From the NCBI GenBank assembly GCA_025594325.1, contig JANHCV010000003.1, positions 992,001-1,056,000 of the forward strand: a DNA stretch of 64,000 bases, given 5' to 3'. Of the stretch, positions 47,735 through 59,315 are shown one piece after another. Origin of the DNA: Blastocladiella emersonii ATCC 22665 (lineage: Eukaryota > Fungi > Blastocladiomycota). A program made the translations under genes and the position numbers. The notes beneath the pieces were generated by a model, which was not told the origin of the DNA, searched no databases, and saw only the letters and a program-made list of their open reading frames with translations. Position 1 is the first letter of the stretch, and each line of letters opens with the position of its first letter.

Positions 47735-50700
47735 CTAGCGCTTCTTGGACCCGGTCTTGTACCGGCCCATAGCGATCCACGTCTCGTACGCGGCGATCCG
47801 CTGGCGCAGCGCGTCCGACTCGTCGGCCTCGCCGCTCGCAATCTTGCCGGGCAGGTGCACGTACGCCTCGTACAGCGACTCGTCGTCGGGGTCGACGGCG
47901 GGCGCCACGTCGCCGGCCGCGAGCCGCACGTGCTGCAGGAACAGCGGGTAGTCGGGGTGCGTCGCGTGCGCGCCCGACGAGTCGAGCAGCGGCAGGCTGC
48001 GCTCGAGCTGCAGGCCCTGCGTGCTGAACTGGTACACGTACCGCTTGTACTCGCGCAGCTCGGCCGCCGCGATCTCGGGGCTGAGCAGCTTCTCGACCAG
48101 CAGCTCGATGGCCTTCTTCTTGGGCTTCTTGCCGTTGCCGCTGCCGCCGTTGCTGTGGTGAGCACCACCACTGCCGCCGGTCTTGCGGCCCGCCGAGGAC
48201 CCGCCCTTGGTCGCGTACTCGGCCGCGAACGCGTCGAGCCCAGCGCCGTTCCCAGCACTCGCGCTTGGCCCACCGCTTCCACCACCGCCGCCGCCGCCCG
48301 AGCGGCTCAGCTTGTCTTCGGACCCGCGGCGGATCGGCATCGGCGACATGTTGTTTTCGGCGCGGAACACGACCGTGTCGACGGCGCCGGTCCCGGCGCC
48401 CGAACCCGAGTTGTTGCCGTGGAACCCGCTCTCGCTGATGCGCGACAGGGGTGCGGCGCCGAGCGGGACGGTCCCGTGGCCGTACAGCCCGGCCGAGCTC
48501 GGGTCGCGGCAGCTTGGCGTGGCGCTGGGCGGGACCTCGGTCTCGGGCGTGTACCCGATGAAGAAGCTCGACACGGACGAGGCACGGTCGCGCGAGAACA
48601 GGCTGTCGGGGTTGCGCGCCGAGAGCCACTTCTTCAGGCCGCTGAGGTCGAACCTAGACGCGGCCGGGCGCGGAGCAAGTAGGATGAGCGCCGGACAATC
48701 CTGCGGCGGCGATGGATCACGAAGCGTACATGGTGTTATCGGGCGGAGGGTGCGTCTTGAACGGCGACGTGCTCTGCGACACGATGCGATCGCTACTGAC
48801 GCGCGATCGAGGACCTGTGTCAGTCGAGGCGGTTCAGGAACACGCGGGAGCAGCGGGACACGTACGCGCCGTAAATGTCGCCCAGCGAGACCAGCCCGAC
48901 GGGCTCGCCCGGCTCCTCGTCACCCGCCTGGCTCTGGCGCTCGAGGAACGGCTCGGCAACGTTGTCCTGGCGCCACTCGGTGTAGTGGCACGGGTTGAAC
49001 TTGAACCGCTCCTCGGGCGCGGGCAGCGGCAGCCGGTAGTCGTCCCAGCGCTGGAACACGCCGAGGAAGATGTCGATGGCGTCCTGCTTCTCGGCGTCGC
49101 TGAAGCTGTTGTTCCAGTACCGCTTGGCGCTCTCGAGCATGTCGCGCGACTGCGAGATGAAGGTGCGGTCGCGGTACGTCTTCATGGTGTTGACGAGCGC
49201 CGAGCCGCCGTACTGCAGCGCGATCGCGTCGCCGTGCTCCTGGTACAGCTCGGTGAGGAGGTCAATCGCCTCGGTGTCGAACGGGATCGCCGCCGTCTTG
49301 AGCACGCCGAGCTGCACGAGCTGCCGCCCCAGCGCGCTCTTGCCGATGACGAACGCGGCGGCGTTGGTCCGGTCGAGGCAGTCGATGCAGTTGGTCCGGA
49401 TGACGCCGTTCTGGACGCGCGCGAGGACAAACTCGCTACACGCGGATATGGTCAGAGTCAATTTCGAGGGATCGAGGTTATGAAGCAAGTGAGCGGTACC
49501 CGTCGGCGCGCATCCGAGCCTGCAACACGGGCTCGGGCCCGCTCGAAAAGAAGCCGATCTGGTCGACCATGTCCTCGACGCGCTGCTCCAGAATGTCGAT
49601 GACGCGGCCGGCCTTGGCCTCGCGCGACATGTCGACGTGGTGGTACTGCACCTCCTCGCCCTCGCCGAGAAACTGGTTGAGGTACGCGACGCACTCCTCG
49701 AACTCGTCGCCGAGGATGGCCTCGCGCTTGACCTTCTCGCGCGTCTTGATCAGGTTGAACACGATGATCTTGGACCCGTAGTGCCGGACCATGCGGTTGA
49801 AGTGCTTGCCCGCGGGCACGAAGAAGGGGTCGCGGATGTTGACTACACGTTTCAAAGGGCGGCGAAACGGTGATGAGGGGCGTTGCCGACGCACACGAGC
49901 AAGAGACGGGCGTACGCGTGATGGGCGGCTTGGGCGTCATGGCGCTGTTGTCCTGGCTCCAGAGCAGCGGGATGCTGCCGCGGTGCTGGACAAACGACGT
50001 GTACACGGGGATGCGCGGCAGCGGACCGGGCGGGTACGGCGTGCGCACGGTGCCGTCGTCGAGGATGCCCTGGCCGTGGCAGAAGACGCACGAAGACGAG
50101 ACGCTGGGACTCGCGGCGGCCGAATCAGCTGCGCGCGGCGAAGAAGCTGCACCGTCGACGGGCATCGCCATGGCGGCGTGCGAGGGAGGTATCGTCGACA
50201 TGGGAGACCGGCCGAGCGTGCCCGCGCGGCTCGGCTTCCGCGACAGCTGCGACGCGGCGCGCGCGAGGTCCGGGAACTGGGCTTGGGCCCCGTCGTGCAC
50301 GATCTGCTCGCTCTCGACCTCGTTGGCGACCCTGCGCGAATCGATCACGGGGGATTAGCGTGCAATCGGAATGTCTCGGGCGAGGACTCAGTACCATCCG
50401 CCGTTCGCGTCCACGCCGCGACGAAGGAAGCGGGCGCCGGCAAAGTTGCGGGACCGCCGCGCGATGAGCGTGACAAAGATGGGCCGACCGAGCACCGTCA
50501 GCTTGACCTGGCCGACAAAGCCCTGGATCGCCGGTACGAACCACGGGCTCGGCAGCGCAGTCACGTCGTTGAGCCCGTGGCCCGTGACTGGATCGACGCC
50601 GAGACCGAGCGCGGCGAGCGAGAGATGGTGCGCGTTCCAGGTGAACATGCCGTCGTTGCGCAGGTGCGACGCGCCGGCAGATCCCATGGCGCGCACAGCG

Positions 50701-51506
50701 ACGGCGCGACACGCGTCGCAAGCGCCGGACTTGGCGCCGCCGCTCGAGCCCTTTAGCGCCTGCACGAGGATGTTGTGCTGCAGCGGCCGCGTCAGGTCGT
50801 ACGTGTACGAGAAGAAGAGGTCTCCCTGCAGAGCAATGGCCTGGAACGAGGCCATGAAGTAGGCTTCGTCGCTGCGCCGCGCCCACTTGACGAGCACCGG
50901 GTTCGCGATGGGAACGAGCCGGGTCTCGTCGACCCGCCGGAGCGAGTGCGGGCCGATGGTGGCGACCTCGACGCTCTGGACGACGGCGACAATGTAGTAC
51001 CCCTCGACGAACCGGACCACGCCTGCAGAACCAGTACAGGAAGGCACGCGTGTCAGTTAGAGGGGAACTCGCGCGAGTCAGCAGCGAAGGTGAAGCTTAC
51101 CCAGCAGCGCGTCACACGAGCAGATCTTGCGGACCGAGTCGTTGCCGTCGCCGAGCATCTTGAGGACCGAGGACACCTGGCGCCGCGTGTACAGGATGCT
51201 GTCGTCGTGGATGTGGAGGCCGCAATCGTCAGGCGTCATCAGCCGCACCGTCTCGGTCGAGCATGGCACGGGTGGCGGCGCCAGAGTGCGATCAAACTTG
51301 AGGATGCGGTACTGGCCATGCGGGCCTAGCCGCCCAACGGCGTAGATACGCTACGTTGATGAGGCGTGCGAGAAGTGAGCATCAGGCTCAGGGGCATACG
51401 CGAGTTGAGCTCCGCTCTCAACGGGAGCGACAAGCGATGCATGGACGAGGAGTTTGAAGGCTACCGTCGCCGTTTCATAGAGTTCGATCGCTGACAGATA
51501 TCGCAT
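47735..51506 (-). CDS. FIG4: PI(3,5)P2 5-phosphatase Fig4/Sac3 (multi-exon)
   Basis: IELYET, YRILKFDRT, LFFSYTYDLTRPLQ, IARRSRNFAGARFLRRG, VANEVESEQIV, SFVQHRGSIPLLWSQ, catalytic NCIDCLDRTN, HGDAIALQYGGS. Confidence 0.95.
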
Positions 51507-51816
51507 GGTCTCGAAGCGCGAGGGTGGTGGAGGCGTGCGGCGCAGCGGCGGCGCGACGCGCGAAGCCGGCAGAGTTCACGCCACCCCCGGTCACATGATA
51601 TCAAAACGCGTCTCGCACCGCGGTCGGTCCGCCTCTCGCGCGTGTGATGTGATGGCCGCGCTGATGGTTGAAGTGTAAGTAAGCCGAAGGAAATCACTGT
51701 GTTCGTTGATATCGATCCATTGCTTCCCTGACAACGGATCACGCGCGATGCATGCATGCATTCACGTTGATCGAACCGTGTCTTGAGGTCCGGGTACCCT
51801 CCCCAACTGCTCCTCC

Positions 51817-51865
51817 CTCAGAAGTCATGGCCCACTCTAAGCTCAGAAGTCATGGCCCATTCTAA
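51817..51865 (+). repeat. 25-bp tandem duplication spanning the start codon of family member C
   Basis: CTCAGAAGTCATGGCCCACTCTAAG followed by CTCAGAAGTCATGGCCCATTCTAA. Confidence 0.9.
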
Positions 51866-52336
51866 TCGAAAAAAGGCGGGGCGGGGCGCCACCCTCAGCA
51901 ACAGTGACAAGGCAGTCGCACCTTGCCGATGCACTCCTGGGTTCTTTCGCAACCCGCCCGAGACGGCGGAAGAACTGACGGGCTGGATCGCGTCCCTCAT
52001 CAACATCACGTTCGAGAAGTGCTCGGGCCAGCTCTGGGTGCTCGAATGCGCCCAAGGTTTCCTTGAGGAAGCGCCCTACGGTACTGGAACCAGCCCTGCT
52101 CGATCAGCGCGAAACGTAATCTGTTCGAGACCAGGCTTTGTCTCGCGCGTGCCCGCGTCGAGGCCTTGTATTCCCGTTTAAACATCCTCTCCAACGATTT
52201 CTACGCGGTTAAATGCGCTCTCGATGCGGCAGAGCCTCCCGTGACGGCTGAAGTCGCAGCGACCCAGCACTTTGAGATTGTTGAAGTCCCGCTTGTTGAC
52301 CGAGTAAACCGTTTGAATGCCGGTTGGATTGACTAA
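51852..52336 (+). pseudogene. Orphan helical-family member C (one frameshift near 52070)
   Basis: Second frame reads SALRYWNQPCSISAKRNLFETRLCLARARVEALYSRLNILSNDF, aligning with member G TAIWWRHLPVLSDVEKDTFAAEVQLMKVRVMDIYARIDILSLEF. First frame has IASLINITF, versus VATFMNYSL in G. Confidence 0.65.
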
Positions 52337-53020
52337 AAATGCGGCCGGAATACATGACATTGGTTACCGCAGCTGCTGTGAAGCAAGTCTCGTGGCCCTT
52401 GGCGTGAGGTGCGCGCTCGTTCGCCCCCTGAATCACCGCCTGCGAGCAGCCCGTCAACCGCTCCCACGGCCCACCAGCGGGTCCATACTTCGTGCTTCTC
52501 CCCATATCGTTTGACGGCCAGCATAACGCCATCCCGTTGCCCGAGACATGGCGGCGTGAGACTCGCTGCGAGACGCGTCTCGAAAACACGTGACGCGTTT
52601 GGTCGCGCTGGAAACGCGTCGCACGACGCGCGCCGCGCACGGCGGGCGGGCAAAGATCGAGCGATGCTGTGACTTGCGGCAAACCGCGTTTCAGGCGAGC
52701 GAAATGCTTCACGCACGTGGTAGCTGTCTTCGGTGGCCTCGCTGATGGTAGGGCCGTCCCAGCGGCCCGCGGTCCAGCTAGATCGCGCCATGGAAGCTGT
52801 GCGCGATCGTGAGACGTAGCGAGGCACTCAGAGCTTGCGCTCGCAAGTTTATGTGAATGGGTAGCGTGGAATCGCTCATCACTGGCGGCAGGGAGGACGC
52901 GAGCGTCGCGTTGGACTTGAAGCGATCTGGGAGAGTAACTCTTCTTCAGCACTCCGTTCCGTGCGTTCAAGGGGAAGCCGATACTTGGCACAGAATCGCG
53001 GTCTATATTGATTCTCCGCC

Positions 53021-56000
53021 TCAACTGCACGCGTCCTCCTCATCGTCCGTGTCGGGGCCCTCAACGAACCCCACCGCAGCCACGAGCTCGTCGTCCGGGA
53101 CGAGGACCTCGGCCACGGACTCGAGCAGGTCGACGACGAGCGCGCGGTTGAGCGCCTCGACCTGGAGCATGGCGAAGGTCGCGCGGAGCCCCGCGGCGGC
53201 GTTGGACTTGCCGAGGATCCGCGCCACGACGTCGGGCAGGGCGGCCTCGAGCAGCTCGCGCGCGCGAGCCGCCGTCGCGGCCATCTCCTCCTCGTCCGAG
53301 CCTGCGCTCGCGTTCCCGTTCCCGTTCTTCTTGTCGCCATCGTGCTGAAGCTGCCCGTTCGGCCACACGTTGTCGATGACGCCGTGCTCGAGCGCGCGCG
53401 CGAAAAAGGCCGGGTCCGACACCGTGTCGACGAGCGCGCCGAACCGTGTCTGGATGTGCGTCGCGAGCGTCGGGCGCAGGACCTGCGTGACCACGCCGAA
53501 GATGCGCGCGCGGATCGTCCCGTCGAGCGCGAACACGTGCTTGAGGACGGCGAACGACGCCTCGATCAGCGCGTCCGCGTTGTCCGACGACAGCGCCGCG
53601 GCGGCAGGTTCGGCGGCGGTCGTGGAGGCGATACTTGCGGACGATGCGGGTGGTGTCGCGACCGTGATGGCGGTCGTCGACGCAAGAGTCGCCGGTTGCT
53701 GCTGCTGAGACGAGGACCCGAGCGACGACTGGATCGACGACGCGGACGCTGAAATGGACGAGGAAGCCGTGGACGCAAGCGACGAGGTGAGGGCGACCGA
53801 GTGCTGGATCGTCGACTGCGCGACCGCGAGGGACCCGTGCGCGAGCGAGCCGACGCCCGACGCGATGGCCGCGGGCGCCGTCTGCACTTTGGCGAACAGC
53901 TGCTGGCTCGACGCCGTGAGCGCCGTGGACGACGACGCGAGGAACTTGGACGTGTTCGGGATCACGTTGCTGAGCGTCTCGGCCGAGCCCTTGCGCGAGA
54001 GCAACTGCTGCTGCTGGAACGTCGGCGACATGAGCCCGCCCTTCTCGCCGGCAGCCGTGATGGCCGCGACACCCGAGCCGCTGCCCATCCCCGCGCCCGA
54101 TGCGGCGGCCGCCGCCGACAGGTTCATGGACGAGACCTTCTTCTTGAACTTGGACGTGACCATCTTCGACCCGGACGTCCACCCGCCGCGCGACTCCTTG
54201 TTGGTGAGGCCCTTGAACACGTTGCGCACGCCCTGCACCGACTTGGCCGCGCCCATGCCGACGTTGGCCTTGAGTGACTGCGCCGAGCTGGCGATCCCGC
54301 CCAGCCGCTTGTTGCCGCCGTTGCTCGGGCTGCGCGTCACCGTCGCCGAGGTCGAGGGCACTGCGAGCGACGACGACGATGACGAGGACGAGGACCGGTT
54401 CTGGTTCATCGTCGCCGTCACGGCCTCGCCCGACAGCAGCGGCTCGAGCGCCATGAGTTTGCACTGGATCTGCGACGCGAGCGCGGCGAGGTGCGGGACG
54501 CGGTCGGCAGCGGCGTTCTCCTCCATGGCGTCATTGAGCAGCCGGTCGAGCACGACCATCTGCATCTGCATCGTGTTCATGGAGCTCGCGACGAAGGCGA
54601 GATCCATGGCGCACACGCCCTCGACGAGCATCGCGTGCTTGGCGGCGAGCGCCTCGACGGGGTCCGCGTCGGGCCCGCCGCGCCGCACGCGGTCGTACGC
54701 CGAGACGGACGCGGCGCGCGGCCGGTCGCCGCGCACCCGCGGGTCGCGCGGCATGGCGTGCAGGAGCCGCGGCACGCTCATCCGGGCGCGCTCGGCGGCG
54801 GCCACGCGGGCCGCGAACGCCGCGACGTGCGGCGCGAGCCGGTCCGCGACGAGCTTGACGGCGGGGTCGAACAGCGCGGGTGTCGGGTCGAGCACGATGC
54901 GCTCCTCGAGCGACGCGCAAATGTCGTGCGGCAGGACCGGGTGCGGGCAGGCAAAGTACAGGTCGAAGCAGTCGTACGCCTCCTGCTGCACGGCGGCACG
55001 CGACGACGGGTCCGCCGGGTCCAGCAGCGTCGTCAGCAGACGGTAGTTGCTGGCCGCGTCGAGGAAGGCGAGCAGGTGGTCGAGCCGCTGCTGCGGCTGC
55101 TGCGGGAGCGAGCGGAGGTACTCGGCGAAGGCGCGCGACCGCGTGTCCGAGGCACGCACCGTGTCGAGCGTCCACGACTCGTACGGCGGCTCGGACGGGT
55201 CAAAGTCGAGCCCGCTGTCGTCCACGTCGTAGTCGTCCATGGCGCGGCCGCGCACCGGTGCACCGCGCTCGACGAGGGTCACGTCGCGCGGGATAAAGTC
55301 GACGAGTACCTCCTCCTCTTCGCTACCGGTCGCGAGACGGCTGACGACAGCCTCCTCGACGGCGAGCGCCATGGCCTCCATGGATGCGGCTGGCGACGGG
55401 TGCTCGGGCGTCGTGGGCGGCGACGGGAGTGCTGACTGGTTCGTGACCGTCGGCGACGCGGGAGCGGGCATAACGGTCGACGGCTCGGAGAACTCGCCGG
55501 CCGCCGGCGCGAGTTCACGCGTCTCAGGGATCGACGCGAGACTGATCTCGGAGCCGAGCATCTCGTGCGACGCGGCGAGCGGTGCAGGAGCAGCGCTAGT
55601 CTCGGGCGCGACGACCGTCGGCTCGGGTTCCGGGTCGGCGACCTCGAGCTCGAGCCACAGCTCCGTGACGGGCTTGAGGTCGTCGCCGTCCGTGTGACCG
55701 AGGTCGTAGAGCGGGACCCAGCCGACGTGCGGCAGCTCGGCGAGCGGGACAATGGCCTCGGCAACGAGCGCAAACTGGTTCCCCGACGCAGACGACCGGC
55801 ACAGCTGCAGGATCACGGTCTCGGTGTCGACGACGGGCGACTTGATTGGGCTACACGGAAGCGAGAGACCGGTGAGCTGCCGTTCTGTCCGCACGAAGCG
55901 GTCTCCGAGAAACACGTACAAGGCGCAGTTGTGGTCAAACACGAGCGACGCAGGCGTCGACCCCTCGGGGCCGACAGCGTGCGCGTCGGCGCGGCGTTCC

Positions 56001-57565
56001 TTGTCGCGTAAAAGCACCGTGAAGAAGAACACGAACCCGCCGTCCTCGACAGCCGCCACGAGCCGGTCGTCGTGCGACCGCGTCTGGATGACGCGCACGT
56101 TGAGGTCTTTGCGGTACACGGCGACGCCGCCGCGCGCCGACGCCGCGATGGGCACCGGCTCCTCGAGCGCCGTGACGAGCAGCCCATTCACGAAATGCGG
56201 CGCGCTGAGCATGGTGACGACTGGCCAGATGACGGCGGTGCACATGATCTCGACGAGGATCGAGTAGACGAGCGGGTTGCGCGCGTCCTGTGCGGGGAGG
56301 AACCCAGCGAGCAGGCGGCGCGCGACACGCCGGATCGCCGCCGCGTGGTGCCGCGGGTCAATGGCGCGCGCGAGGTCGCTGCGCGGCGACTGCGACACGT
56401 ACTTGGCGACGGCCGCAGCCGCGTCGTCTGGGTCGTCGATGGCCGCGTGGCCCATGCGCAGGTGCGCGACGATATCCGACGCGGCACGCGTCGCGCCGTC
56501 GACGAGCAGGTCGCTCGCACCGCGCGCGTGCAGGCGGAGCGCGGCCTTCATGATGACCGTGTCGAAGGCGGTCGCGACGGACCGCGGGAACACGTCGCGG
56601 CCGGGACCCGGTGCGGCGACCGAGGGCACGAACCACGAGCGGACAAAGTCGCGCAGCACGTAGTCGCGCAGCTTGGCGACGGCTGTGTCGAGGGCGCCGC
56701 CGTTGTCAATCGACAGCGCGAGCTGCTCGTAGGCGGGAGCGCTCGCGGTGGCGGCCGCGGCGGCGAGGTTGGGCGGGATCGGGAGGCCCTGCGACGCGGC
56801 GTAGGCGGCGGCCGCGGCAGCCATCTCGGCGGCGGCGTAGTCGGCCGACTTACGGCCCGCGTACGAGGGCACGGTCGGGGTGGGCGGGACCGACGACGCG
56901 GCCTGTGACTGCGACTGCAGCTGCTGCTGGTCGGAGACGAACGAGTGGCGGCGGACCAGCGACTTGCGGCGCGACGAGCTGCGCGAGAGCCGGCGCTTGG
57001 GCGCCGAGAGTTCGACGGGCGACAGCAGGTCGCCGTCGCGGGCGTCGGCGTGGTCAAAATAGAGGAAGATGAGGCCGGCCGAGAGGGCGGCGCCCGACGC
57101 GAACAGCGCCGTGGGCAGCAGCAGGCGCGGGAACGACAGCATGAACACGATGACCATGGCGACGCCGAGAATGCGGCCGCGTGTGCCCTTGGGCAGCGCC
57201 GGCATAAGCTGCGGCGCTGAAAGCGCGAGGTCGCGGTCCGTGCCGGTCGTTGCGGTGGCGGCGGTGCCATCGGCCGAGTCCCAGATCCCGGGAAAGTCGT
57301 GCAGGACGAGCAGCTCGCGCTCGGCCTCGTCGTTCGACGGCGGCGCGCTGACGACAATGTCGGGCGATGCCGTGCGCGAGACTGCGGCTTCATTGTCGAC
57401 GGCGGCCGTGGCGACGACAGGTTCGGGCTCGACTCGTGGCGGTAGCGGCGGCGGCGCCACCTCGACGGGCGTTGGCGCGAGGAGCACGTCGATGGCGGGT
57501 TCGCCGCCGACCTCCATATGGCCGGACGGCAGTGTAGGCGGTACGTCAACGGCAGCAGTCGCCAT
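53021..57565 (-). CDS. Mdm1/SNX13-14-25-like membrane protein: TM-PXA-(C2-like)-RGS-PXC, no PX domain seen (1514 aa)
   Basis: Two N-terminal TM helices; PXA LRDYVLRDFVRSWF..LVYSILVEIMCTAVIWPVV; RGS-like LDTVRA..AFAEYL..LLAFLDAASNYR; PXC LIEASFAVLKHVF..VWPNG..NRALVVDLLE. Confidence 0.8.
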   Translation of the reverse strand: MATAAVDVPPTLPSGHMEVGGEPAIDVLLAPTPVEVAPPPLPPRVEPEPVVATAAVDNEAAVSRTASPDIVVSAPPSNDEAERELLVLHDFPGIWDSADGTAATATTGTDRDLALSAPQLMPALPKGTRGRILGVAMVIVFMLSFPRLLLPTALFASGAALSAGLIFLYFDHADARDGDLLSPVELSAPKRRLSRSSSRRKSLVRRHSFVSDQQQLQSQSQAASSVPPTPTVPSYAGRKSADYAAAEMAAAAAAYAASQGLPIPPNLAAAAATASAPAYEQLALSIDNGGALDTAVAKLRDYVLRDFVRSWFVPSVAAPGPGRDVFPRSVATAFDTVIMKAALRLHARGASDLLVDGATRAASDIVAHLRMGHAAIDDPDDAAAAVAKYVSQSPRSDLARAIDPRHHAAAIRRVARRLLAGFLPAQDARNPLVYSILVEIMCTAVIWPVVTMLSAPHFVNGLLVTALEEPVPIAASARGGVAVYRKDLNVRVIQTRSHDDRLVAAVEDGGFVFFFTVLLRDKERRADAHAVGPEGSTPASLVFDHNCALYVFLGDRFVRTERQLTGLSLPCSPIKSPVVDTETVILQLCRSSASGNQFALVAEAIVPLAELPHVGWVPLYDLGHTDGDDLKPVTELWLELEVADPEPEPTVVAPETSAAPAPLAASHEMLGSEISLASIPETRELAPAAGEFSEPSTVMPAPASPTVTNQSALPSPPTTPEHPSPAASMEAMALAVEEAVVSRLATGSEEEEVLVDFIPRDVTLVERGAPVRGRAMDDYDVDDSGLDFDPSEPPYESWTLDTVRASDTRSRAFAEYLRSLPQQPQQRLDHLLAFLDAASNYRLLTTLLDPADPSSRAAVQQEAYDCFDLYFACPHPVLPHDICASLEERIVLDPTPALFDPAVKLVADRLAPHVAAFAARVAAAERARMSVPRLLHAMPRDPRVRGDRPRAASVSAYDRVRRGGPDADPVEALAAKHAMLVEGVCAMDLAFVASSMNTMQMQMVVLDRLLNDAMEENAAADRVPHLAALASQIQCKLMALEPLLSGEAVTATMNQNRSSSSSSSSSLAVPSTSATVTRSPSNGGNKRLGGIASSAQSLKANVGMGAAKSVQGVRNVFKGLTNKESRGGWTSGSKMVTSKFKKKVSSMNLSAAAAASGAGMGSGSGVAAITAAGEKGGLMSPTFQQQQLLSRKGSAETLSNVIPNTSKFLASSSTALTASSQQLFAKVQTAPAAIASGVGSLAHGSLAVAQSTIQHSVALTSSLASTASSSISASASSIQSSLGSSSQQQQPATLASTTAITVATPPASSASIASTTAAEPAAAALSSDNADALIEASFAVLKHVFALDGTIRARIFGVVTQVLRPTLATHIQTRFGALVDTVSDPAFFARALEHGVIDNVWPNGQLQHDGDKKNGNGNASAGSDEEEMAATAARARELLEAALPDVVARILGKSNAAAGLRATFAMLQVEALNRALVVDLLESVAEVLVPDDELVAAVGFVEGPDTDDEEDACS

Positions 57566-58039
57566 GACGAGTTCAGTCGAGGGCCAAGGCCAAAAATATG
57601 CGAGATGCGGGGGAGGAGGGGGAGAGGGGGCGTCGCCACTCTAACCTAGCGGCAGCTATCGGTGTGGGCCGGCCGCTCGCGTTGATGCAGCGGGTGTTGG
57701 CGAGGCGAGGCTGCAGGACGGCGACTTGCCAGGCAGGGTGCGATGGCGCAGCGAGGAGAGAACGGAACGGAGGCGTATGATGGCCTCGACGTTGCGCTCC
57801 TCGTCGATGCTTCTCGGCCGTCGTCGCGGTGGTTGATACGTGATACGTTGAGGTTCGCCAGTCCGTCACCAGGCGGAGAGAGAGCGAACGCCGCCCGCAG
57901 CGGGCCTGGCTGGCCTGGGCGAACGAGGAGGGCGAGCGAGAGAGGCGTTTGTGGCGCCGACGGCGGCGCGCTGTGTGGCGTCGGCGCGAGGCACCATCCA
58001 CGCACCATCCACGAACGCCTCGCCGCTCCACTCCTCTCC

Positions 58040-58376
58040 TCCCTGCCTGCTTCTTCCTCAATGAAATGGTCGATGCGACGATGTATACTCCATGCAAACG
58101 AGCGAACCTGATTACTTCATCGCGACTTCGACGATGTCGGTTTCTTTCTTGCTCTCTGTATCGTTCAGCGTCCGAACCCGAGCTGTTCCACGATGGCCGA
58201 GACCGTGGCGCTGAAACTTGAGCTCGTATACACAGCAACGCTCGCAGTCTGATGATGATGTTGAGGAGGTAATCGCAGTTGGAAGCCGCAGCTACAGACC
58301 TTGCAAAGTGTGAGGTGAACGCGTCGACTGCCCTGAGGAGTTGACGTTGCACGGTGTAGTAATGGAACGCGTTCAT
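58040..58376 (-). CDS. Hypothetical short helical ORF, possible distant family member (5' part of track ORF 57573..58376)
   Basis: ATG at 58376; YLLNIII and QVSAPRSRPSW weakly resemble member C LINIT and member B QVSQAPSW. Confidence 0.25.
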
Positions 58377-58734
58377 TGGCGTAATCGAGCCGTTGGCTAT
58401 GATTGATGCAGCCCTGTTCAGAGCTGGTCTAGAGTGTCAAGGGGTACGCGGTCACGTTCGATAAGCGCGCCGCCGCTGAGGTCTACGGGGTGCAAGATAT
58501 GGTCATCAGCGACGTCTTTACGTATGTCTCCACGGCCGTGCACCTTGTCGATTGACACTCGCGGAGGAGCACTGCATCGCGCCAAAGTGTGACAAGGGCT
58601 CGCCTAGCTGTTTCGCGTGAACGCCGTTTCGACTCATCGGTGAGCGCCGCTGCCAAACATGATGGCCGCAACCGTGAACCTAGCGAGCGGTCCGATGCGG
58701 GTGCGGCTTTCGCGGGGACGCGAACATCAGCAGG

Positions 58735-59138
58735 GGTGACATCAGACGCCGCGGGTCATGTGAGTGGCGCAACGCGTCCATTTGACTCTGACTCGACTAC
58801 CCGTCTCCCCTCGCTGGGTTTGTTTGACGAATACGGTATCTGAGAAAACGTATGGTCTCTTTGACACCTTGGCCATCGTCACGGCCGATGTCTCTCAAGG
58901 CCACGACGAGGTCGGCTCGCAATACCGCGCTGACTGTTGTGGTGAGCGCGACAAACTGCATCACACTCTTTGGTGCGCTTCGTGAGTGTTCATTGGGCGA
59001 TGGATCTGCGTGAGCCGGTTTAACCATGGTGCGATCACACCTCCCGCTCGTTAGACTTCGACTTGATGGCTTTGCCTGAATGCTCCATGAACGACCATGG
59101 ATGCATGCATGCGCCTGTACGCGAGGCTTGACGGTCAA
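58735..59138 (-). pseudogene. Orphan helical-family member D (degenerate, closest to member B)
   Basis: VSAVLRADLVVALRDIG..ETIRFLRYRIR versus B LATLCRAELETMFESIG DVLKMLNRRIK. After a stop and frameshift, KWTRCATHMTRGV versus B SWTKSYFPECMTRCI. Confidence 0.4.
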
Positions 59139-59315
59139 AGCTGGGATCGTTTTGTGTTACATTGCCATGCCAATGATATGCTGGAGTAGCTCGCTCCACC
59201 CTTCGGAGACGTGGAACAGCGCGCGCCCTCGCCGATTGTGTATGGCTGAGGCTTGAACCATTTGCGATCCTTGGGTCGCAGCGCATTCACGCTCTCCCGA
59301 CTGCCGCACGTGTCC

